Assembly: GCA_963422365.1 (NCBI GenBank) | Contig: OY729426.1 | Coordinates: 1,024,001-1,088,000 of the forward strand | From: Nitrospirales bacterium | Lineage (GTDB): Bacteria > Nitrospirota > Nitrospiria > Nitrospirales > UBA8639 | Reading direction: 5' to 3' | Length of the DNA: 64,000 nt | In this document: positions 53,584 through 63,947 of the stretch, one piece after another | Layout: every line of letters begins with the position of its first letter | Numbering within the stretch: the first letter of the stretch is position 1 | The notes under the pieces: generated by a model | What the model saw: the letters and a program-made list of their open reading frames with translations, nothing else | The model's database searches: none | What the model was told of the DNA's origin: nothing | Position numbers and translations under genes: made by a program

Positions 53584-56470
53584 TCACGACAGGGCGCCGA
53601 TGCGGACGCGGAGGCGTCCGGCGGCGTCGTAGACGGAGAGGCGATTGTCGGAGATTTCGACGCGCTCGCCGGCGGCGGCGGAGCGGAAGGTGCCCACGGT
53701 GGCGGAGAGGGCCGAGAGGGTCTGCACGTTCATGGCGTTGGCCGTGACGCTGCCCGGCATCAGGAGCTGGCCGTCGAGGCGCTTCTCGACCGGTCGCCTC
53801 CCCCCTGCCGTCCACGGCCCGAGTCTCAATCCAAGTGAGGGCGGGATTGTAGAGGGTGACCGTGTCGGAGAGCACCGCCTCCTGCGCATTCGGCAGCGCT
53901 GCCATCGCCGCGTAGTAGACAAAGGCCGGGTACTCAACCGGCGTGGGCCATGACCCGCTCACCCGTCGCGTGGCGATCCAATGCTGCTTGGCCTGCTCCC
54001 AGTTCTCGGGGAGCCTGGAGCGAGACCAGCCGGCCTGACTCTTGGCCGGGTCGCCGGGCCCGCTGCGGGCCGTGGTCTGGTAGATGAAGCGTATCCCGTT
54101 GTACGTGCCGAGGATCGGCCGGTGCAGGTAGCAATCGCCACGCGGGCAAGAGGGGGGGCGCCCCGGGTCGCCCTGGGGGCCGGCCAGACTCAGGAGCCGC
54201 GGGGGCTGAAGGCGCGCCCCAGGCCCCGGATCGGCCGGTTCGGCTGGAGACCCACATCCAGCGAGCTGAGGCGGAGACGCTCTGGGGCTCGTCGTACCAC
54301 CCGGTGGGGATGTCGTCGTCCGTAGTGGCGGATCCCGTGGGGGTGGTAGGGGGGTGCCTGTTGCGGTGACGCGATAGATCCACTCGGCGCCCTCGCTGTC
54401 CTTCGGGAGCGGGGGCGGAGCGGGCAGTGTGACGGTGACGGTGGCCGGGGTCGAGGCCTGGCCGGCCACGGCCACGACCCCGACGGTCCAGGGGCCTGCG
54501 GTGAGGTCGGGGGTGGTCCAGGGTGAGGCGGTGACGAGGCCGGCGTGGAGCGGGGCGAGAGTGTCCCAGGCCAAGCCCTTTGCGCCGGCGCGGAGGGCAT
54601 ACCCCACGACCGTGGGGGTGGGGGAGGCGCCTCAGGTGACCTCACGAGTGCCGTCCGCTCGGGCTGTGACGCGCAGCCCGGTCACGGGCGGCGGGGCGGG
54701 GCTGCCCCCGACGGTATGGCTCTGCTACCAGGCCGGGGCGCCGGTGCCGAAGGGCGCCACTGCGATGGTGATCTGGGTTCCCGGAGGCGCTGCGATGATC
54801 CAGGCGAGCTGCGTCTCGGTGGGGCCGAGGGTCCCCACGTGAGCCCCGTCCACAGACACCAGGGCCCCATCCCAGGGCCCGGCCGTCTCGACCGAGAGGG
54901 TGAGTTGGGTGACCTCGCCACGGCAGGCGCGGACCGGCTGCTCGGTGATCTGTCCGGCGAGGACGCGCGGCAGGAGGCGCCGCGGGGGCGGCAGGGGCAC
55001 CGAGAGATCGCTGGTGGCCGCATCGTGATAGGCTTGGACCTCGTCGATGGCTTCGAGCCGCACGCGGCTCTCGGCGGTGGGTTCCAGGGCCACGATGCGC
55101 ACGGTGGCGGGCTGGTCTGCGGTCCGATAGAGGCGCCAGAGGACGTCGATGGCCGGGGCCATCTCGTCGGGGAGGCGTTGGGCCAGGCTGACCCGCGCCG
55201 AGCCCCTGTCAGCCCCGGTGAGCTGCGTGGTGTGGAGCGTCCCCTCGGGCAGGCGCAGGACGAGCCAGTCGCCGGTCACAGCGCCCGTGTCGTGCCCGAG
55301 GTCCACCAGGAAGGGGGAGACGATCTCCCTGCACCGCCAGGTCTGCCCTCCGTCGAGGAACGAGTGGGTCAGGTAGACCACGTCGCCGAGGGCGACGGTC
55401 AGCCCTTCGGGGCCGTTCTCCCACGTGATACGGCGGCGGTGGACGCGGGGGTGGTGACCCCGGGCATCAGACGGCGCACCTCCCCCCATTGCCAGTCGAG
55501 GGCGGGCTCGAGGTAGCGCACGACGATCTCCTCGGCGATCTGGCCGGAGGCGTAGTCGAGTGCCAGGCTGCCGGCGACGATATTGCCTGGGAAGAACAGC
55601 GCGGTGGGTGCACGGTCGGTGTCCTCCCACACCACGCAGAGCCGGCCCGAGGCCCAGGTGGGGGAGGCTCGGCCGCAGCGCACGATGCGCGCGAGGACCT
55701 CGGCGTGGCTGATAGGGCGATCCAGCACGAGATCGCAGCGTAGCGGGGGGATATGGGCGTCGCACCAGGCCCCCCAGGCTCTGATGGCCGGTTCGTCGAG
55801 CCGGCCACCAGGCGGCCGTGGATCTTGGTCCCGAGCGCATAGTCGACTTAGAAGCACGCGGGGTTGCTAGTCTCGCCAGTCTCCCAGCGAGCTGTCTCAG
55901 GATTAAAGCAGGAGACCCGTCTCCTGGCGAGGCCGGAGAGTCGCTCCAGGCGGCCGCTGAGTTGCCACGAGGCCCTGATGCGCACGGCCAGGCGCCGCTG
56001 GCCGGGATACGAGGCGGTATCCGGCTGATAGGTGCGGATGGCTATCCAGGTCACTCGATCTGAGATGCGGCGGTTGCCAGAGGGGGGGGTGAGGCGCCAG
56101 AGGCGCAGCACCCAGGTGCCCGCCCCGTCGATGGCGCGTTCGTCCGCCGGGAGGGGATAGGTATAGGTCCGGCGTACCGGCGTCAGGCGGTCGGCCTCGA
56201 GCCCTTTGAGGCCCCAGGCGGCTCCCGGGAGATAGATGGCGGCGATGAGGACGGCCACCTGGAGCGTGGTGCGCAGCGGGTCGCTGTCCTGGCCGTGCAC
56301 CGGGCCTCGGGCTGTGATGCGCTCCCCTCCCCGGAGGGCGGTCTGGGCCCAGGCGGCCGGCGGCACGTTGCGCCCGTTGAGCTGCACCACCCAGTCGGTC
56401 AGGGGCCCGTGGCAGGTGCGGGCGAGCACCTGGGCCAGGGGCTCCACGGGGGAGATCCCACCGGGCGCGT
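53584..56470 (-). pseudogene. Tail tip/host-specificity protein (gpI-gpJ-like), fragmented
   Basis: DPLRTTLQVAVL, ASWQLSGRLERL, ETSNPA, IRAWGAWCD, VRLEAIDE, C-terminus GERVEISDNRLSVYDAAGRLRVRIGAL; many frameshifts. Confidence 0.75.
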
Positions 56471-56487
56471 CTCACGCCCCTCCGCGG

Positions 56488-56960
56488 TCAGCGGATGCGG
56501 CCAGCGATCGAGGATGGAGAGGACGGGGTGGGCAGCCATCGATAGATCCCGCACATCTCGAGGGTGGGGGGCAAGGCGACGACTCGGTGGAGGCACACCC
56601 CGAGGACTTGCTGGCAGTGGAGCACGGATGGCGTGCTGTGGGGGGCGCACCAGAGGCCGAGGTGCTGCCCGATCACGCCAGCCCGGCCCGGCCGCGCATG
56701 AGGACGGCGTCACCCTCGCGCAGCCTCTCGCGGCCCCACAGCGGTCTGGCGATGTCGCCGACCAGGGCGCGGGCCAGGTCGTCGCGGCTACGCACGGTGG
56801 TCGCGCGTGGCGGGCCGTCGGGCTGGCCGGGCAGCCGGAGGTGCAGTGCGAATTGCTCTCGGAGCACCGTGGCTGCAAAATCCGTGCAGTTGTGCGCCAC
56901 GGGCACCCACGGGCGACCCAGATACCGCTCACTCCAATGAGGCTGCCGGCGTTGCATCAA
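56488..56960 (-). pseudogene. NlpC/P60 tail assembly protein (gpK-like), frameshifted
   Basis: HWSERYLGRPW...NCTDF, EGDAVLM, HLGLW...VLHC. Confidence 0.75.
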
Positions 56961-57438
56961 AACAGCCCCGTGGCTGTCTGGGGGTCGAAGCGCAACCGGA
57001 CCGCGGGCTTGTCCATCTGGGGGTCGTAGCCCAGGCGGAGGGTGACGCGCGCGGCATCCACGTGCGCGCTCAGGACGTCCATCTGAAGAGACCAGTCCCA
57101 GGCGCCGGCGCCGGCCAGGCCCTGGGAGACCCTCACGGTGCCGCCGACGCCCACCTGGGTCTGCTCGATCGCGCTGGTGAGGAGGCGGCCCACATTGTCG
57201 AGGCTGATCTCCGCGTGCGCCGGCCGCCCCTCCGTCTCCGTGGCCAGGCGCACGCTGAAGCGCACGCCCACGTAGCGCACGCCGCGGACCACGTGATCCG
57301 CCACGTCGTCCACGAGGGAGATGGGGGTCTAGAGCGCCGGATGAGAGATCGTCAGCCCCGTGAGCACCACGGCGTCCGGGGCTGTGGCCCGGAGCGCCTG
57401 CTGATAGGGCGCCTTCGCGTCCCCGCCGGGCGCGTCAC
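56957..57438 (-). pseudogene. DUF1833/gpL-like minor tail protein with an internal stop
   Basis: LTISHPAL*TPISLVDD...AEISLDNVGR.L...RFDPQTATGLF. Confidence 0.75.
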
Positions 57439-57788
57439 GAGCGCCACCCCTCGAGATCGGCTGTCCAGTGCCGCTGCTGTGCGACGACGTGCGCGGTCCA
57501 CGCGATCCCGCCGAGTCCCTCGCGCACCCGGACCTGCCTCAGCGTCCCGCCATGATCGCGCCACGCGAACCACGTGTGTGCGTGCGACCTGGCCCAGGCC
57601 ATAAAGTCCGCGTACCGTCGGTCATCCGCCAAGTGCACGGTCACGCGCGTGACCGTCAGGGCCGCGGTGTGCCGGCGCACCTGCCGGATCATCCCGTCGT
57701 CACAGGTCGTGCGCTCCACATCGGGGTCTGGCCGGACGGTATAGCCATCCGCCACCACCTGCGCATACGTAGGCCACTCCGCCGCCAT
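57435..57788 (-). CDS. Phage minor tail/distal tail protein (gpM-like)
   Basis: GYTVRPDPDVERT..DDG.IRQ.R, F.AW.......WFAW; GGAGG RBS; lies directly after the tape measure gene. Confidence 0.7.
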   Translation of the reverse strand: MAAEWPTYAQVVADGYTVRPDPDVERTTCDDGMIRQVRRHTAALTVTRVTVHLADDRRYADFMAWARSHAHTWFAWRDHGGTLRQVRVREGLGGIAWTAHVVAQQRHWTADLEGWRS

Positions 57789-57872
57789 CAGGCCCCTCCT
57801 TGGTTAGGACTCATCATAATTATTCCTTGCCCCTGCTCCCTTCCTCCTTTCCCCTTTTTCTTTTCCCCTTCC

Positions 57873-59855
57873 TCATCCCGCGGGCTGCCGGCGTCCGCGG
57901 GTGAGCGTCTCGATCGAGCGGGCGATCGGCCCGCGCGTCTGCAGATCCTCCAGCACCACCCCGATGATGACCCTGTCCCCGCGCAGCGTGGCCTCGGCGG
58001 TCGTGGCCCGCTGCGGCGTGCCGCGATTGTCGAGGCGCACCTCCACTCGCTGCAGGGCCCCTGGTCCCAGCGCCGCCATCTGCTCGGGGGTGAACACCCC
58101 CGAGCCCCGCCTGGCGATGATGGGCTGCGCCCACCACCCCGCCGCCGTGATACCGCGGGGCCCCCAGCCAGGCGCGTGGGAGATGCCGTGCCGTGTCAAG
58201 GCCAGGGCCCCGACGAGGCCACCCGTATGCGCTATGCCCGCGTCGAGCCCCAGGGCCTGCGCCAGCGGCCTCAGAACCGCTTGCCGGATCACCAACCGCG
58301 TCAGATCCGCAAGCATGGCGTCCACCATCCCCTGCCAGTTCGCCTTGCCGGTCGTGACAAACTCCGTGAGCGCTGATTCCATGCGGCCCAGAGAGAAAAA
58401 GATGGCCTGCTGGGCTGCCTGCGAGGCGTCTCCGGCGAACGTGGCGTATCGCTCGAACGCCCGCGGCTGGCCGCCCGTCTCGAGGTGCTGCCGCAGCCGA
58501 GTGAGGGCCTCGGTGAGTGCCCGTATCGCCTCCTGCTGGGCCCGGACCGCCGCGCCACCAGCCAGCCCGGCCGGGATCTCTCGTGCCCGTACCTCCTCCA
58601 ACGCGTACTCCACCTGCTCGATCTGCCGCTGCACGTCCGTCGCCGCGCCCAGGAGCATATCCGGCACCCGCCGCATCTGCTCGCGGATCTCCCCGATCAG
58701 CTTGTCGTCCAGGATGCCGCCGCCCGCCAGGATGTGGGCCCGCAAGGTCTCCGTGAGGGCGCGGGTGATTTGCTCGAGCGCCACGCGTTGCACTGCGCTC
58801 GTGTAGCCGCGGGCGCTGGTGGGTTTTGCGGCCTCGGCGCCGTAGCGTGATAGCAGCGCCCGCAGCTCACGGGCCGTGGCCCCCGCCGTGACAGGCGGCT
58901 CGGTCCCCGCCACCGTGTTGACGATCCTGGCGGCTAGCCCGGCCGCCTCGGACAGCCACCCCAGCAGGCCCGATTGGGCAATGGCGTGCTGCAGGTTCGC
59001 CACAGCCGTGTGCATCCGCTCGATGTTCGCGGCCGCGCTGCCCGTGGCCTCGGCTAACGAGGCACTGTAGGTCCGTCGGAGTTGCGCCGCCAGCTTGGGC
59101 AGAAAGTCCTCGGCCTGCAGTTGGCCCTGGGCCAACTGCTTATCCAGTTCTTCCGTGGTCAGGCCCATGGCCTGCGCCGCCTGCTGAAAGGCTCCCACGA
59201 GCCGCTCGCCCAACTGCCCCCGCAGCTCTTCCGCGGAGACCTTGCCCTTGCTGATAATTTGTTCAATGGCGGTGAAGGCCCCTGCCACCTGACTGCCCGA
59301 GAGCCCCAGCACGCGCCCTGCCTCGCTCACTGCCGAGAAGATCTCGCGCGTCTGGGCGCCCGCCAGCGCCGTGCCCTTGGCCGCGGCGGTGAGCTTCGAG
59401 AAGCCCTCCCCGGCCGTCAGGAGATTGAGCCCGAGGCGCTCCGCCTCGCCCCGCACAAACGCAAACGCCCGGGCGGCCCGCTCGGGGCCGACGGCGAAGG
59501 TGAGCCGTTGGTCGAGAGCTTGAAATTTCAGGCCGGACTCGACAATCCCGGAGGCAAACCCCGTGAGCCCTCGGAACACCGTCTGTGCCCCGAGCGTCAC
59601 AAGGTTGGCCGCCAGCCCCGCCACCGCGAAGTCCAGCTTTTTGAGGGCGCCCCCAGCTCGCCCAAAGAAGGGGCCGGCGTCACGGGCGGCCGTGCCGAGC
59701 GACCGGAGCCCCCTCGCGGCCGGGCCGCTCTGCCGTCTGATGGCGTCGGCGCCACCGGCCACCCCTCCGAGCTGCCCTTTGAGCCTCTTGAGCCGCTCGG
59801 GCGTCTGCCCGAGGTCGGCCTGGATCCGCAACGCGAGCCTGAGGTCTCTAGCCAT
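57873..59855 (-). CDS. Phage tail tape measure protein
   Basis: QIISKGKVSAEELRGQLGERL N-terminal tape-measure domain; FVTTGKANWQGMVDAMLADL lambda-type C-terminal region. Confidence 0.9.
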   Translation of the reverse strand: MARDLRLALRIQADLGQTPERLKRLKGQLGGVAGGADAIRRQSGPAARGLRSLGTAARDAGPFFGRAGGALKKLDFAVAGLAANLVTLGAQTVFRGLTGFASGIVESGLKFQALDQRLTFAVGPERAARAFAFVRGEAERLGLNLLTAGEGFSKLTAAAKGTALAGAQTREIFSAVSEAGRVLGLSGSQVAGAFTAIEQIISKGKVSAEELRGQLGERLVGAFQQAAQAMGLTTEELDKQLAQGQLQAEDFLPKLAAQLRRTYSASLAEATGSAAANIERMHTAVANLQHAIAQSGLLGWLSEAAGLAARIVNTVAGTEPPVTAGATARELRALLSRYGAEAAKPTSARGYTSAVQRVALEQITRALTETLRAHILAGGGILDDKLIGEIREQMRRVPDMLLGAATDVQRQIEQVEYALEEVRAREIPAGLAGGAAVRAQQEAIRALTEALTRLRQHLETGGQPRAFERYATFAGDASQAAQQAIFFSLGRMESALTEFVTTGKANWQGMVDAMLADLTRLVIRQAVLRPLAQALGLDAGIAHTGGLVGALALTRHGISHAPGWGPRGITAAGWWAQPIIARRGSGVFTPEQMAALGPGALQRVEVRLDNRGTPQRATTAEATLRGDRVIIGVVLEDLQTRGPIARSIETLTRGRRQPAG

Positions 59856-59911
59856 GGCTCCGATCTCCTCCGAGGGCTTGATGCCCCCCCGCGGCCATGC
59901 CCAAGGCCTCA

Positions 59912-59980
59912 GCCGTTTTCTGTTTGCCTGGCGTAGTATTCAAAGTCGTTGGTGAGGGATCGGATGATTTCGGTTTTCAT
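59912..59980 (-). pseudogene. dinD: dinD 5' fragment (first 23 codons)
   Basis: MKTEIIRSLTNDFEYYARQTENG after an AGGA RBS; continues in frame at 53384 (VEFWLARD). Confidence 0.85.
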
Positions 59981-60117
59981 GTATTTGTTCCTGTTTTATA
60001 CGCATAAGACGCCGATAGGCACAGGTCAAGCCATTGCCAGGAGGTAGTGTGGGTTTTTTAGGTAGGGTTGGAATGAGAGCTACTGCGAGTGGAGGATCAG
60101 GATTTTAGTCGAAGTGG

Positions 60118-61815
60118 TCATTTAGCTTTATTTTGTTTTCTTAATGCTTCAAGAGCTTCTTTAATTCCTTTTTCTTTTTTGTCTTTCTTCCATTCATCCC
60201 AAAAATCAATAGTGGCGCTTTTGGGTTGAACTGCTGGCTCATCAATTTTCACTCTGCTTGGCAACAGGCAGGCATCACCTACAATTAAACTTTCCCCTAT
60301 ATCCAAAGCAGGCAATAAATCAGCAAAATTCCCTAAGTTATCTGGAAACAGTCTCCTGATAACATTCTGATCATCAGGGTTTGAGAGCCTCATTGATATA
60401 AAATTCCCACACTGACTTAAAACTGTCTTACTAACATCTGCTGGCCTTTGGCTAATTACAACCAAGGATACTCCATATTTTCTTCCTTCCTTTGCGACTC
60501 TCTGGAAACTATGGAGCCCCCTTTCCTCAATACTGGAGCTTGCGTTTGCAGGGATATATAAATGAGCCTCCTCACAAAATAAAGCGATAGGATGCCTTTT
60601 ATCTTCATCGGTCCATTGTTGCACGGAAAAAATTAACCTTGTTACCAACCCGGTTATCAATGGCAATATATCGGAGGGTACTTCTGAAAAATCGATTATT
60701 TTGTTTCCTTTTCGATTATTAAAATCCATTAACTTTTCGATCAAATTTTCAAGCCAGTTATACTCCTGCAAAGCTGAATTCTTATTAAAAAGAAAATTCA
60801 GCCTTTTATCGCTTTGCTTGCTTTTTAACCTCTGTATAAAACGGGTGAGTTTTCCATATAGAGGCCCTTGTTTTTCACTGCGAGACCCTGAAATCATTTC
60901 TTTGTCTTTTTCGTCGAGCTTTTTTAAGACTTCATCTATGGAATACGGAACAGGGCTATCAATCGTAAAATTATTAAGAATATTCTGTTTGTTGTTTCCT
61001 TCCAATTTCTTCTTTTTGTATTCAATAACCAAGTCAAATAAAGCTCTTGCCTGATTAGGAGCATTCTGGTCGCTTCTGTCCAGCATCATTGCTTCTATTT
61101 CTTCATACGATAAAAGCCAGTAAGGCAAATATACAATTTTTTCATCGTCTATATTGTCTACAGGTCCCGCCACTCTCAATAAAGTTGTATTGCCTAATGC
61201 CTTGAGCGGCTTATATTCTCCGTGAATATCAAATATGATACTGTTTACAGATTCTAACTGAGAAGATTTCTCTAGAATTTTAGCAACAGTCCAGGATTTT
61301 CCAGAGCCTGTACTTCCGACGATAACAGCATGTCTTTGGAAAAATTTGTTGCCATCCAAATATGCCTGAGCATCATCTGATATAACGTATTTGCCAAGAT
61401 TTAATGATTTCTCTTCCTCTTGTTCCTCAACGGACAGGGACCGCATAAAGTTGAAAAGCTCATCGCCCTCTAGCAGAAAGCAATCCGCATCAAGACTTGG
61501 TACTGTCTCTAAGGTTCGCTTGAAAACATTGGATTTTGTGCCGTATTTATCCAGCAATGTTCCGACTAAGCAGACTTTTACTACATTCTCAACAACAATC
61601 TCTTCGGGGTTATCAGGTTCTGCCTTATCAGAAAATTTGCGCATGATTTTTATGACCAAACCGATGATGGATTTGCCCGTTTTCGTCGATCGGATACGGA
61701 GTAAATTATTAACTTGAATGCTGTTAAGCATTTGCTCTTCAATGACTTTGATAACAATGTTTCCCGTATCAACACTTTCTACGTTTCCTAATGGTTTTTG
61801 TTTTGATTCACTCAT
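60118..61815 (-). CDS. herA: HerA/DUF87 ATPase of a SIR2-HerA antiphage system
   Basis: HAS-barrel-like N-terminus, RHAVIVGSTGSGKS, DIHGEY, EEAH, KEGRKYG..SQRP. Confidence 0.92.
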   Translation of the reverse strand: MSESKQKPLGNVESVDTGNIVIKVIEEQMLNSIQVNNLLRIRSTKTGKSIIGLVIKIMRKFSDKAEPDNPEEIVVENVVKVCLVGTLLDKYGTKSNVFKRTLETVPSLDADCFLLEGDELFNFMRSLSVEEQEEEKSLNLGKYVISDDAQAYLDGNKFFQRHAVIVGSTGSGKSWTVAKILEKSSQLESVNSIIFDIHGEYKPLKALGNTTLLRVAGPVDNIDDEKIVYLPYWLLSYEEIEAMMLDRSDQNAPNQARALFDLVIEYKKKKLEGNNKQNILNNFTIDSPVPYSIDEVLKKLDEKDKEMISGSRSEKQGPLYGKLTRFIQRLKSKQSDKRLNFLFNKNSALQEYNWLENLIEKLMDFNNRKGNKIIDFSEVPSDILPLITGLVTRLIFSVQQWTDEDKRHPIALFCEEAHLYIPANASSSIEERGLHSFQRVAKEGRKYGVSLVVISQRPADVSKTVLSQCGNFISMRLSNPDDQNVIRRLFPDNLGNFADLLPALDIGESLIVGDACLLPSRVKIDEPAVQPKSATIDFWDEWKKDKKEKGIKEALEALRKQNKAK

Positions 61816-62777
61816 AGCGTCTCCATAAACTTATCGAGTTGCCAGTAGTTTCCTTCTAATGAAACAGTTCGTTCACCAGCGCCATTTCCTTTTTTGACTG
61901 TGACTTTCGTTTCGCTTGCATTCTCTTCAAATAAACAATATTTGCCAGCCCTATTCAGCTTTTCCGTACAAGAATCTGTTGCCTTTTTTGTGATAATCAC
62001 AATAGGAACCCCTTCTTTGATTGCGTTATCAATCTTGGGTGTCAAATGTTTGTCATTAAAACCGAAGCCAACAACTAAAAAACTGCGTGCTTTCTCAATA
62101 GCGTTGTCCGATTTTCCAATAAGGGTTCTGTATGGCTCTTGGAATGCCTCATCACATTTATTGCGAGCAGGTAACACCATGCCATATTTGAGTGCGTTGA
62201 AATCGTGCTCACACGGTAAATAAAATAGGTCGTTGTTTTCATCAAAAAACCAGTTTAGTGAACCATGAACTTTTATTAAATTTATTATTTTTTGTTCTCC
62301 AAAAGCCTTTGGAGAAAATCTTGACAATGATCTTCCGGTGAATCCATCTGTGAAATTGTCATTGGATTGCGACAGTGCGTATTCCAAAACACGATCATAA
62401 TTAGTCGTCACGATGTCAATTTTACATGGATGAGGGTCGTAAAACTTCTTTATCATTTTGGTTATGGCCTCAAAATAATTTGTATCTTGTATGGATTCCT
62501 TTAGGCAGGCCATATCCCTTTTAAGAACTTTCTCTCTTGTAATCTTTCTGATTTCATCAGTCTTTGTTTGATCTTGAATTTTCCCCAACTCCATTTCTAA
62601 GTCAGAGTCTTCGTTAAGGCTATCCAGGACGGGTTTAAGCTCTTCTTTTAACTCATCCATACTTGGAAGCCCATATGGGATGGTTGCCCCTGAACCCCAA
62701 ATAATTACAGGAGGATTGCTTAGAAAATTTTGGACGAGTTTAGACACATCGTCTTTCTCTTCATCGCTATTACTCAT
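61812..62777 (-). CDS. SIR2-family (SIR2_2) NADase-like protein
   Basis: GSGATIPYGLP, TTNYD, KVHGSLNW, GFGFND.H; ATGA overlap with herA. Confidence 0.9.
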   Translation of the reverse strand: MSNSDEEKDDVSKLVQNFLSNPPVIIWGSGATIPYGLPSMDELKEELKPVLDSLNEDSDLEMELGKIQDQTKTDEIRKITREKVLKRDMACLKESIQDTNYFEAITKMIKKFYDPHPCKIDIVTTNYDRVLEYALSQSNDNFTDGFTGRSLSRFSPKAFGEQKIINLIKVHGSLNWFFDENNDLFYLPCEHDFNALKYGMVLPARNKCDEAFQEPYRTLIGKSDNAIEKARSFLVVGFGFNDKHLTPKIDNAIKEGVPIVIITKKATDSCTEKLNRAGKYCLFEENASETKVTVKKGNGAGERTVSLEGNYWQLDKFMETL

Positions 62778-63947
62778 GGTTTCTCCATTCTCCAGTCAGC
62801 AGTTTCTGCATCAATCCGCGTTTTTGGGTGCGGTATTGTTCAGCAAGTTGCTGAAGGAGAGTGCCTTCGCGTTTGGCGGTGTTGAGTGTATTGGCAATTT
62901 TCTTCTGTTTCTCCAAGGAAGATAGTGGGATTGGTCTTGTTCCTAAATCTCCAAAGCTTACAGTTTCCAGCACACTGCCTTGTGCGCTATTTTTTTATAA
63001 GATGAAATCCAATGCAAGAAATAATCGCTGTTAATCTTGGTTTCGTTTAACTTGAAAACAATATACATTGGACTAAGTGTGCCAATCGTCCAGACGTGCA
63101 ATGGAACCAACATTGATACGTGAAGGGGTATAAGCATACTCGCCATGCTTGACGATTTTATAGTTGGATAAATTTGCGCTGGCTATGCGGCGTTCAATCT
63201 GATCTTCTGGCAGAATAAACCCGCTATGGTTTGTGACGCTCAGCATACGCTCCATAGCATTATCGTGGTTTCGCGTTGAGACTTCGATAGCGAAGTCTGA
63301 TGTCTGTCTTTCGTGATGGCTCGTTTTGTTTATCAGCGATGTCACAAACCATCCAAATTGTTTCTTCTTGGCGGCGATGAGACGTTCGGTTTTCTCAATC
63401 GCCATGTCCCATTCATTCAATGGTTCAGGCTTTTTTTGTTGGACAGAAAACGCCGGATAACTGACTTTGACGTTGCTTAGAATTGCGGGGTTGAGAGAGG
63501 GCATGGTTCTGCCAACTGCTCTGCTTCTCATGTGGTGTTTGAATTTTTCCGTGCTGAAAAAGTATCTCAGGTATCGGCTATCAATGATCTTATGTGATTC
63601 AGATCTCACTCTGAATAATCGACCGGAAACCAGCCCTCCTCTTTTTGGGAGACCGGACTGTTTCTATCTACTGATCCCACCCGGCTAAAGAGAATATCTC
63701 CTTCTTGGACAAGACATTGAGAGAGTCGCTTTTTGTCGTAGTCAGAAACCAAGGGCAAGTTCTCCTGAGCCAATCCGCGTTCGCCTAGATGCTCAACCGT
63801 TACTATTGGCGTGCCAGCTGACTTGACCTAATCGTGCTTGTGGAGTTGTGCTCCGAAAGGCCCGGTCTTTACAGAAGCAATCTCTCTCAATCTCACCCTG
63901 TGCCAGCCCTTCGGCAATGCTTCATATTTAAAGGTTTTTCGACTCAT
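62770..63947 (-). pseudogene. hsdS: Type I RM specificity subunit S, pseudogene
   Basis: LPKGW..VRL, KTGPFGAQLH (stop follows), GDILFSRVG, QKRGLMQKLLTGEWR; stops and frameshifts. Confidence 0.88.

Larger units (their letters stand above)
53390..59911 (-). mobile_element. Internally deleted transposable (Mu-like ends) prophage retaining only a siphovirus-type tail module
   Basis: TG...CA termini, flanks GCCGC/GCCGT, splits dinD, tandem 22-bp repeats at 53395-53438, abrupt GC rise, tail genes inside. Confidence 0.85.

Noticed and set aside
53390..59911. Functional tailocin or gene transfer agent
   Set aside because: No tail tube, head, lysis or regulator genes, and the tip genes are frameshifted; the dinD disruption points to a decayed prophage.
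53300..59955. Many long overlapping Pro/Arg/Gly-rich ORFs on both strands, including 53300..54607 as a single gene
   Set aside because: Artefacts of very GC-rich DNA; real coding signal switches frames, and 53300..54607 runs across the element end into dinD.
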